DNA from: Epiperipatus broadwayi
Lineage: Eukaryota; Animalia; Onychophora
DNA: 64,000 nucleotides
NCBI GenBank assembly: GCA_028023455.1
Contig: JAQFVV010000002.1
Coordinates: 13,640,001 to 13,704,000 of the forward strand
Reading direction: 5' to 3'
In this document: positions 52,701 through 64,000 of the stretch, one piece after another
How the letters are laid out: each line of letters begins with the position of its first letter
Numbering within the stretch: position 1 is the first letter of the stretch
The notes under the pieces: generated by a model
Databases searched by the model: none
Seen by the model: only the letters and a program-made list of their open reading frames with translations
What the model was told of the DNA's origin: nothing
Made by a program: the position numbers and the translations under genes

Positions 52701-55199
52701 TTAGCATATATTTATTTATATATGTGCACACACAAAGTCTAAGAAAAATATATAAATTTAATATTTAAAAGAAGGTTAGGTAAAAAAAAAAAAAGCTTGT
52801 TATATGTTATAAAAATATATACATGTATATTATGCAAAACAAAAATAACAACATATTAATTTAAGGATTCTTCTCCACAAAAACATCAAATAGCTATCAG
52901 TTTGAATTATATAGCTATATATGGCCAAAGTAAGATAATAGTAACTACTTAGGATTGTATAAGCATAAGTAATAATCAATAGTACTAAGTTCCTATACTA
53001 ATTTCTGGTTATTTGTCTCTTTCAGGGATGAGCATTGGATTGCAAACCACCTCCTAATTACCTTTTTAAAATGATATCCAAGGTAATGACTAAAAGTCTC
53101 AAGAACCCGAGGATTCTGAACTCAAGCCAACTTTCATGTATAGCTAGCTAGATATAAATGCTAAGTCAATAACTATTTTAGCGATTTCTCCATGTGACTT
53201 TTTTTTATGATAAACAATATATATATACATTGTGGTTTTATAGAAGATATTCGTTTTTATATAACTATGATCCATTTCTATCCAGGATTTATGGAAGCAT
53301 CTCAGATTTTTCTTATTTCGTTATCTTACACTTTAATTTTAAATTTGAGGTGCTAGAATTATTTAAGAGATTGGTAAGTGGTAATATTCTATTCTTTATT
53401 TAAAGCAGTCGCTTCCATAGTGAAGGCAGATTGTGTTAAGTAGGCAATAATTTAATATAGATATTTACTTACCAATAATGATTTTTAAAAATTATTAGTG
53501 GTGTTCAGACCTATTTGCATATAAAATAAAGATTTGATTTGATTTTATATGTCGGAAATTTCAACACTTAATAGTGCTTTTAGTGCGGATCATTTTTTCG
53601 TAGTGCGTTTAATAGATAAGAGAGATTCAACTTTGGACTGATTAAAAGATAAAAACAAATTTATATATTACTAATGTAAGGAAGACGATTTTGTTTTAAG
53701 TTTATAATGGTAAATATATGCATATAAATAATTATTAACTTTGTTTTTAAAATAAATAATTAAATTTCAAGAGGAATATCTTTTTTTTCATCACAGATTT
53801 AGAGTATGATACAAGATAATCAATCAAAATTTTATTAATAATAAATTGAATATATTTAGATGTTAATACTTACTGAATTTTTTATTTACTAAGTATAAAG
53901 TATCGTTCGGTTGTTTGTTATAATATTCAAGATTAAAGGATTAATTGCAGTTTACTATTCTTCAAGAGCTAATTTGTGAATTAAAAATAAAAAATAAAAT
54001 CTGAAATAAATTACTCGCGTGATTTTGTAAAAAAAAAAAAAAAGTTCCTCCACGCGCTTAAAAAAAAAAAAAGCGTTTTACCTTTTTGTAAATCTCATGC
54101 TAACTTTTGTAATTGTTTTTTTTTTTTAAAAAAAAAAATAAACAAATGTACTAACAAAACAAAACACACAATATGTTTCGAAATTTGAATCTTTTTTTAA
54201 AACAAGTTTTAAATAAACAACAAATGCTAATTTCATCCCGATACAATCTCTCTCTTCTGCGTGGAAAATTTTCTTACAGAATATTTAATATTGTGCACAA
54301 ATATTATAAATCTCCGAAACTGTTATTGTTAATGTCTTTAGAATTATTATTTTTTGTCTTTTTTACATTTATTTGTAATAAAAACGCTGATATTCATTTC
54401 ATTATTTTATATGAGAACATTTTCCCAAAATACTGACATTTATTAGCATTTTCATGTTTCTTAGTAGACTGTGATAAGATTTATCTCTTCTATTGATGGC
54501 TATTTTATCTTTAACTTTTCTGAGATATAATATTTAAATAAATGAAGTAAACTCACAAAATCGAAATAATAATTTCAATCTTATTATTTTTTCGCCATAA
54601 AACAATTTTGCAGTTCAAAAACATCAATACTTTCCTTTTCTCTTTTGACGTTGAATTTGAACTTTTCACAGATATAGTTTGCACTGGTTGTGGGTTAGAT
54701 TTTATTCATAAACTATTGTATTTATAGGTATAATATTCACTATTGAAGATATCTGATATTTTAACAATTGCTGAAAACATGCTATAGTATAAACAATTAA
54801 GGAATTATTGCGAAAATTGTAAATTATATTTTGCATAAATATTGATTTTAATTGTAAGTATGTGTGCATATCAATATATATAAAGAATATTATAAATTGG
54901 TGAGTAAAACAGCTGAAGATTTAGATTAAAAAAAAAAAAGCTAATAATTTCAAATTTTTAAAAAAATAATTGAATAATCATAAACACACACAAACACACA
55001 TCTATGTAGATTGATATATAAAATAAAGACATAACTTTTTTATTTAAGGTTGTTAGGTGATCTGAAAATATAAGGCACAATTATAGAACCAAAAGTAAGT
55101 TATTCAGCTTTCTATTATTGTTTTAGTTATTTATTTAGCTTATGGATTTACAAGTACTGTATAATTATTAACAAGATATCATTAAGAAACTTATTGAGA

Positions 55200-58100
55200 T
55201 TGCCACCAGGGGATAAATTCACTAGGGGTTTTATTAAGACATTCAATTCTGCCACCATATCTATAAATCTAACTGTCAATGATGATATGATTCATGCTTT
55301 GTATTTTCACACATTTACAAAGGTCAATGACTGATAAATTCCATGCATGAAGCAAATAAGCACAATGACTGTGGGATTGTCCTGGATCTGTTGTTGAGAC
55401 TCTAGGTGTCTAGGAAAATCAAATCCAGCTGTCTTTATTATTGGATCAGAAAAAGTAAAATTATTGGAATCTCATAACAATTCTATTTTTTAAGCCATAA
55501 TTCTTTGATTGTAGATTTTTGGTTGAAGTATCCAACAATTTGAGTTGAGTGTTAGGTGGTAAAATTATATCTTGAGTTATTGTCAACTCTAACCTTGCTT
55601 TATAGTTTGTTTTTAGATTTTCTGTGAGGCAATTTCTTTTCTGATATATGGTAGAAGAATATAGAAATATATGAAAGAACAGGAAGCCATTGTAAAGGAG
55701 TAGACTTAAGTGTATTGACATTTCACATGATAATATTTAAGTGAATATCCAGTAGTGTGAAAAAAATTTTCCAAAGAAAAATATAATATTCACTAATAAA
55801 ATATGTTAATGCTAAGGAAGTTTTCTGCAAGATATTTGCATTACTGTCCCAAGTAGTGACAGCCAGATGCACAATGAAATTATTCCTAAATATTAATTTT
55901 GATCTAATTTTAGATAAATGAAAAAAATAAGTTAGGCTATGATCAAAGATCATTCCTAAATAGTATGGGTAAGATCATACTTCAGATCACTATTGCAAAA
56001 AATTGTTTTCAGATTATGAGATGATTCCCTGTTTTTAAATGAAAATTTGAACATACTATCTTCTTTGGACCAAGAATAAGACCCCAGTTTTTTGAAAAAC
56101 ATTTCTGATTTTGCATATCATATTGAAAGCCTTTTCTGATTTAGGAAAGGATCTTTTTAAAAAAGTCAAAGCAATATCATCAGCATAGATTTGTATCTGG
56201 AAAATCATTTATGATATTAAACAAATTAGGTGAAAGAAATGAACCATTCTGTACAATTTTGTATTTACTACAATTATTGTTTAGTATCCCTTGAATTTTT
56301 TTATTGGAGAGCATTTTGTCAAATAAATTGATGGGCTTTCTCACATTTAAGAATTTTAGAAATTTTTAGACAATCATTTTTTAAACAGATATAACCAGAG
56401 GTTAGATCAATAACTAGCACCAGTTTTTAATTTATTTTGAAGCCTTTTTCAATGTTATTAAAGATAAAATTTATTCAGAACAGCTTTTTTCTGGCTTAAA
56501 ACCAGGCTACTCTATAGGAATTTGACTCTCAATATATGATTCTTTCATAAAGCTTCTAAGAAACACATAACAATGATATTGAGTGATAATTTTTTGGATT
56601 AATGCTGATTTTATTTGGTTTTAAGACTGCCATAGTTCTGATTGCATGCCACATTTTAGGAATAAAATTTCTATATAAATAAGGTTATTGAATAATTCTG
56701 TCAATCATGCTTTAGTTTTAGATTCTTTTAGAAACTCTAGAAATATGTTATCTATTCCTCGTACTTGCAAGGGAAAGTTTGAATTCATCAATGTTTATTG
56801 ATTTTATCAGATTGCTATTATGGGATTATTGTGAGAGAGATGTTTGCAATTGTTCTCTAATGATGTTTTCCATCATTCTATTAATTTTGAGCTTACAAGT
56901 CTGTTATATAAAATTGGCAATTTCATTATCAGTGACCGTAGTGACTCTTTTACAGATATTTACTCGACCATTAAGCTTCTGTAAAGCAGGTGAGACCTTA
57001 TGATTAGATCTTTAAAGGTTTTGTTTCTTCATGGTCTCTCCTCACTTCTCTTTTTTTACCTCATCCAAAGATTCTATAAAGTTTGTCAGCAATTTTTGGA
57101 TTTTTGATAGACAAAAGTTGTCTATAATAGTACTGCTAATTTCATTTCAAATTGTAATAAATTGTTCATGATCTTCATAAGGGATAGATTATCAAGAAAT
57201 TTTTTAAACCTATCATAGCAAGAAGAAATTGGAAAGATTCTATTAAAATTTCATTCAAGATAATCGATATATCAACTCCAGTTAGCTTTGTTTAAATTCT
57301 ATCTTGGGAAAGGATACTTTTCCAATATAGAACTGCAGATACCAAAAGCAATTAGACTTGGTTTATGTTAACTATGGGTAAAATGATCTAATATCTGAAA
57401 TACAGAAGGTAATGGAAAACTATTTTTAAACATAAATCAGAAGTTATCTCTTTTCCCATATACCTGAATGGAATTTTCCCCCTTGTTTAGCATTTTAAAG
57501 TAAATGCATATAGTTTAATTCCATCCATTCTACAAGTTGGAAATCTGAACAATACTCATTTGTATAATCTCAAAGTCTACTTAAAAATTGAAATCTATAA
57601 ATACAGGTGTGTGAAGATATTGAAGCAGAGGATATAACAATTATATTGGAAAATTTATAAACATAACATTCATAAAAATATCTATCTGAATGTTGAATTG
57701 CAATAACATATGAACCATTTTCAACAGAAATTGTTTGCCTTACAAGATAATTTGAAACAAAAGGATGCTTTTATCATTAATCAATATAAATCCATGATTT
57801 TTTTAAAAATATGCATTATTGGAAGCATAATGAGTAATTACATTAATATTATCATGAACGGTTAATTTGTAGAGGATCTCCATTTTTGAATTTGATATAT
57901 CCTCAATGTTAAGTTGAAGTAACTTTTGTGTTTTCTAGGTGAAGAGAAGGTCGCTCTGTAGAGAATGTCTGAACATGAAGTGTTCCATGTTGTCTATACC
58001 ATGTAGACATATTTCATTTTGAGAGACAAAGGCTCTCACCTCTGTAGTCCTGGAACAGTTAACCCCATAATGTTACTGGAGTATACTTTCATAACATGCT

Positions 58101-58200
58101 ATCTTAATTAGGAGATTAAGATGAAGTCTGGTCACTATGTGGAGACATTACTTTCACAAATGCATGTTGCATGCAGGATAGTCTGTGGTAAGGCTGTCAT
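55200..58200 (-). mobile_element. Ingi/Vingi-like LINE, decayed
   Basis: IYADDIAL (56176-56187), TTWDSNANILQKTSLAL..SEY, AGFDFPR, AYLLHAWNL..LCKC..IQSMNHII..YGG. Confidence 0.75.
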
Positions 58201-59399
58201 TAATCCATTCTACTTGATGTGATGATATCAAATTACAATTGTAAAAGCAAATCTCTGTTTTCATTGTAAAATTTATTTCAAATATCATGTTTCCATTGTG
58301 AGAATATGACAGAAAATAAACTACAATTAGGCAAGTTGTTGAAGTTTTTTAGAAAGAAAATTTTGGTGCAGAAGTTAAACATGCAACATCACTAGGTGTC
58401 AAAGTATCTAATATATAAGTATAAACATATTTGTATTTAATTGCTTTACATTATATAATCATGCCAAAATTAATGTTTAATTCTTTTTAAAGTTCTTTGC
58501 TTCTTCATGCCCATCAATTCATTTTTAAATGGAAAAATTATTACTAATGATTATGATGATAGTATAAGATTAGTAACATTTCTATACTTTTTCTAAGTCT
58601 GTACTATAGATTCAGTTGTATATAATAAGAGATTAATAGAGAAAAAGCATTTGTATAAATAAAAATAGTGTTACTAATATAGGAACACTAAGATGTGAAT
58701 GTATTTGTATACGTCATGTTGATACACTAAATAGGTGAAAATCAATTCTAAGTGACAAGTAAAGAAAGATATGATTAAAAGAATATAAGACATAATAATT
58801 ATTTTATAATGATAATTAGTCCCCTAATCCAGAAATGAAATCATATAATATCACTTTGGGATAAATAGAAAGTGATTCATAAATCCCCAAAGCAGTTGAA
58901 CTTTCACTTTAAGGAATAGAAGAGGAGATATACCCCCCTCATCCCTCTTTGTAAAGTTTGATGAAGAACTTTAATCAGATGGGATTCTTGGAATAATCAA
59001 GATCCAAGGAAAATTCTGCTTTTGCAGGTACCAAATCAGACAAAAAGACTCTTATGCTGACCATTTCAACTTTTTTATTACTTTGATAAACTATTATAAT
59101 TTTATAATTGTAACTTAGAGAAAGGTTTATAAGTTTAGTGATATTTTTATAATAATGTATTAAAGTTAATACTATAATATGTTGTAAATATTGGTGTTTG
59201 TTTTCATCTCAACTAAGTTTAATCTTGATTGTATGTTATTTTAAAAACGTTTTTTTTATCATATACTTTATACAATGTTATGTGTCAAAAATTATATATT
59301 ATCATTAACATATTACTTTGAATAAAGCCTTAATATAATTTGTTTCTTGATCATTATATTAATAGTAATTGTATGTTAGTGATCTTATCTTTCATTTAG

Positions 59400-60420
59400 G
59401 CTATAAAAGAATCACAAACATTAGATACTTCTTGTGGCCATATTTTAATTTTTAACTTTTTTGGTATGTATTTAAAGTATCTAAAAAATTGCTTATTCCA
59501 ATATTCATAGAAGGGAAGAGAATAAGACTTTTTATTTGGAAATATTGCTTTGTATCTTACTAGCCATATTAATCTTCAAAATGATATTGCAGTTCATTGT
59601 TTTTTGTCACCAATCATGAAGCTTGGTGTTAATATCTTACTTAGTGATTTTTTTTGGAAAGTATTAGATTTGATCTAATGTTACTGAAAGTCAATTGTCT
59701 CTGATGTGAAAGAAAGTTTCTTCTTCTTGTCCATATAACTTATACATTGTATCAAAAGACCATCTATAAAATATGTTGAGAAAAGTATGCTTAAGAAACA
59801 ACCATAAATGAATTTAATGCCAATATATGCCACTGGTTCATATAACAACATATTTTCTAGAATGTTATAGATAGATGGATTTCCAAATGAGATAATTCAA
59901 CTTTGGGATGCACCATCATTGATAGATCATTGTCTATTATTTGATTTATTTGAGATCTATTCATTTGATCTATGGTATCAAGATAGTCTAGACTCCATCT
60001 CACCAAGTATGATGTTTTCCCTAATTTTACCAACTTACAGGGCTGACAATTGGAAAAGTTAATGTCAAATAGAGTGGCAATACACAATCTGGTGAATGAT
60101 CTAACTTTTATAAATTTATTAAACAATTTAATATCAACCAGTTCAAGATTTTTATTGCTTTTCTTAATGTGTTGTATAATAATAATTTAGATTATATATT
60201 ATTGTTCTAACAAGCTTATTAAATCAATTCATCTGAATGCCTGTTTTTCTCATTTTTCCTCTTTCACTTAATCATTTTTTTATTTGATGTATGTTCAGTC
60301 CATAAACCACAATTCATTGTTTGTAGGTGAGCTTCTTACACTCTAGGAATTATAAATTGCCCTATAAAAAGATTAACTATTTTAAAGAAATAGCACTGTG
60401 ATATAGGTATATTAGATGCA
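59400..60420 (-). mobile_element. Decayed PLE RT remnant
   Basis: SSPTNNELW, GNPSIYNILENMLL and YFIDGLLI resemble PLE motifs GSPTY, MGSPLS.ILAN..ME and RYIDD. Confidence 0.45.
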
Positions 60421-60739
60421 AGACTATTTGTATGTGTGAAAAAAAAAAGTGTAATAGACTGCCTAAATAGTACAACCTATGAGAAAAAAAAAATTACTGG
60501 ATTTTCCACATTATACATTGGAAAAAATTAGTAATCATAATAGTAGTAGGAATTCATTTGAATAGGTCAAAAAATAATGATTGTATTAAACAAAAACATG
60601 ATGCAAATAATATGTCAGAATTGTCTATTTATTTATTGTGTAAAAGGAATTTAACCACTTGACATTGGGATTGTCTAAGTGTTGACTAGTTTTTAATGAT
60701 ATATATAAAATTAAAATTACCCAAATCCAAAACTCAACC

Positions 60740-63188
60740 AGACTAGCTAAGAAAATAAAATCTAAACTACAACCAACGATTTCACTGCTACAAGCAGACT
60801 TCTCACGTGTAAAGAACTACAAAACAATAACATATTTATATTAAACATTACCCACAATTCCATTTACTTACCATCCACTCTTAATATTAAAAGAACTTTT
60901 AAATAAGTTAATTGTTTCAGAATTATAAATATTTAATAATAAAAATTCTTTAATTCTTTTTATTTCATTTCTCTCAAAGAAGATAATCTTAGCTTCATCA
61001 AAATTAATAATATGACCTGTATCTTTTTCATGGACATACAAAGCAGAACTAAGATATTTATTTCTAACTCTACTTTTATGTATCTTTATTCTTTCATTTA
61101 AGCTCAAACTACTCTGACCTATATATATAACTTCTTACAAAAACAAGGGATACATATCCACTACTCCAGGAATAGTCTTCCCATTCAAAATTTCCTTTGT
61201 ATTATTTAGGTAAGTAATATTTACTGAGGCTATAACCTCGATAATATGCGTGTAAAAATGCGATAGTAGGGACCTCTACAGGTGTTTTAACCACAAGCTT
61301 ACACTATGGAAAGTAATACCCCTTTTCCAAGCAATTTTCTTATTTCCAAACAAATTACTATTTCTATGACCATTTTTTTAAAAACACAATTTAAATGGCA
61401 AAGAAATAAAATCATATTTTTCTTTATCATTTACATCATTATATATATATTTCATAGGTCAAATGCGTTGACCAGAAAGCAATCTGGGTCATCTGCTTGG
61501 AATCTATGCTAACCACTAGGCCGCTTGACTACATCATTATAAATATTACTATTAAATAAAATACTTTTAACAAATTTATCAGAGTATACAACACTCAAAT
61601 AATCTTTATAAAATTGACCTTTCTGAAACAAAGTTACCCCATTAGAATTATTTAATTTATTATTTCTATAACCATAATTTCTTAAAGCAGCTAGATACAG
61701 ATTGATTGCTATCAGGTTTAATTAGAGACATTAACTCTTTATCTTTAACATAATGACTACATACTAAACAATTAGACTTCACATTTCTAATCACCAATAG
61801 ATCTAAAAAAAATATAATTTAACAAAATCTACCCCACCTACTTCTATCACATATTTTATAGAAGAATCAAAACAATTAAACTCACCAACTTCTTCAATTT
61901 ATCATTCTCAACTACAAACAAACAATCATCCACATATGTAACAAATAACTTTAAATATAAACAATTCTTTTTAATAATAGTTTCCTCTTCCAAATAATTA
62001 ATATAAATTGAACAAATAATATAACCTATTATCCACCCTTCCTTAATCTTATAAAAATTACCATTATAAGTAAAATATATAGATTCCTCTAATAATAAAA
62101 GCAAATCTTTAATAACTTTAATTTTTTTTTTTTACAAAGATCCATGTTTAACCAATACAGACATAAGAACATCAATATTCCTTAATCTATTATCAGACTG
62201 ATACATGTTCTAAATATCTAAACTACAAATACCCAATTACTTTTCATTTTAAAATTATTAATTTTATCAAAAGCCACAAAAGAAGAAGAAACTGTTTGGC
62301 ATTATGAAACAAAATGAGTTCAGGGACAAAATGGATAAAAAATTAAATAATGGTAAATATATGTTTTTAGAAAAAGATCCAGGTAATGTGATTAAAAGGA
62401 AGTTAATAGATATTATGAAAAAAATGGTAAATTTAAAATTCTTTAACAGAGTATATTATTTAAAATGTTATCCAAATGATTTCATATCAGCTAAGATGTT
62501 TGTGAATATTAAGACTCATAAAGATGGTTTTCCTTTAAGATTTATTTTTGATTTTACAGGTAGTGTTGTAGAGGGTATTTTCTAGGTTCTTGAATAATTA
62601 TTTAAACCAATTTATTGATTTTGGTCATTGCACAGTTTCTTCTTCTTTTGTGGCTTTTGATAAAATTAATAATTTTAAAATGGCAAGTAATTTGGGTATT
62701 TGGTAGTTTAGATATTGAGAATATGTAACAGTCTGATAATAGATTAAGCAGTATTGATGTTCTTATGTCTGTGTTGGTTAAGCAAGGATCTTTGTCAAAA
62801 AATAAAATTAAAGTTATTAAAGATTTGCTTTTATTATTAGAAAATTTCTATATATTTTACTTATAATAGTAATTTTTATAAGATTAAGGAAGAGTGAATA
62901 ATAGATTATATTATTTCTTCTTTAGTTTGTTCAGTTTATATTAATTATTTGGAAGAGGAAATTAATTATTAAAAATAATTGTTTATATTTAAAGTTATTT
63001 GTTAATCTTGTGGATGATTATTTGTTTGTGGTTGAGAATGATAAATTGAAGGAGTTATGAGTTCAATTGTTTTGAACCTTGTGTAAAATATGTGGTAGGT
63101 TTTGTTAAATTAAAATTTTTAGATCTATTGACGATTAGAAATGTAAAGACTAATTGCTTAGTATGTAGTCATTGAGTTAAAAGTATAG
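60740..63188. mobile_element. Second PLE family, head-to-head (minus arm ~60740-62295, plus arm 62296-63188)
   Basis: YLEKDP..KTHKDGFPLR.I (62304-62585 +), TYVDD (61856-62104 -), YIGQS..LNERIKIH..SALYVH..GH.INFDEAKII (60868-61130 -); arms reverse-complementary. Confidence 0.85.
61450..61524 (-). mobile_element. tRNA-Gly-derived SINE copy inserted in the PLE
   Basis: CCTAGTGGTTAGCATAG..TTCCAAGCAGATGACCCAG..GGTCAACGCA followed by the TTTGAC tail. Confidence 0.65.
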
Positions 63189-63196
63189 AGTTAAGG

Positions 63197-64000
63197 CAGG
63201 GGTGGGCAATTATTTTGGCTTGGGGGGCACTTTGTGAAAATGGGGGTTAATGGAAGGTGGACCTTTTAAAATGATTGCATTCATTAGTTAACTTTGCATT
63301 TCAGAAAAGGTATAATAAATTGTACCATAAAAATCAATAAATATAAATTAAATTAAATAGTAGCAATTTTATTCAATTTATTTACTGTGCTAATTTCATA
63401 TCATCTATATCTGCAAGTACATTTAATTTTAGAATCAGTTTAATGAGACAAATGTATCTTATCACACTTTTCTACAATTTTTTTGAAATCAGGAATGAGA
63501 TTGCTTGTTGAGATTCTCATCACAGCCTGCAAGTTAATGTCTGTCAAAGAGGATTTATATTTACTCTTGTTGATCTTCAAGCAAGAAAAACTTTGTTCCC
63601 ACATATATGTAGACCCAAATATAGAGAACATTTTAACAGAAAATTTCTTTATACATGGACATTTTTCACCAGACAAAGATTTGTAAAAGTCAACTAATGT
63701 CACAGTATTTAAACATTTCTTTCACAGTGTAATCTGACTGCATGTCAATAAGTTCAAGCTGCAGCTCCTCAGGTGCTATCTCAATATCGGCAGTGATGGA
63801 ATAAAAGAGCAAATTGAATTTAGGCTCAATTTTCTTAAAGCCCTGAAATCTTCTTGTGACTTTGTCCTCCAAACTCTGCAGATGATCCCTAATTTTAGCA
63901 GATACACTTTTACGTAGTTTCTGTTTTTTTAATAAAGGAAAATGATAAAGATTGCCTTCACCTGATTGCCTTGCAAATAGATCTAGTTTTGCTTTGAATG
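63197..64000 (-). mobile_element. hAT transposon 3' end (GTF2IRD2-like transposase C-terminus), runs off the window
   Basis: TIR CAGGGGTGGGCAA after NNNTANNN (agttaagg); LQLELIDMQ; SIFGSTYMWEQSFSCLKINKSKYKSSLTD.NL..VMRI. Confidence 0.9.

Overview
AT-rich eukaryotic (animal, arthropod-like; species not determinable) non-coding DNA made almost entirely of decayed transposons. These include Penelope-like elements (PLE), RTE and Ingi/Vingi-like LINEs, Gypsy LTR remnants, hAT and Merlin DNA transposons, and a tRNA-Gly-derived SINE family. I find no intact protein-coding gene. There is one intact tRNA-Thr(TGT) at 42505-42577. The main signal is a set of non-coding hammerhead-ribozyme (HHR) repeats resembling retrozymes. 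Family A has a ~466-bp unit with a type I HHR, a palindromic helix III and compensatory changes between old and young copies. Its youngest insertion (37401-39469) is 3.6 near-identical tandem units plus a 0.9-unit inverted copy, flanked by a target-site duplication (TSD) of up to 13 bp. A second, unrelated HHR family (13.2 kb, 23.4 kb) shows a similar head-to-head layout. A 321-bp hairpin-rich unit without a recognisable HHR (23.9-24.6 kb) has the same inverted-tandem layout with a 12-bp TSD. The resident PLEs show the same head-to-head geometry, and one PLE family carries a tRNA-like Pol III cassette directly upstream of a minimal HHR. Together these suggest PLE-driven retrotransposition of small, probably circular, ribozyme RNAs (inference). 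Boundaries of old elements are approximate and all alignments were done by eye.
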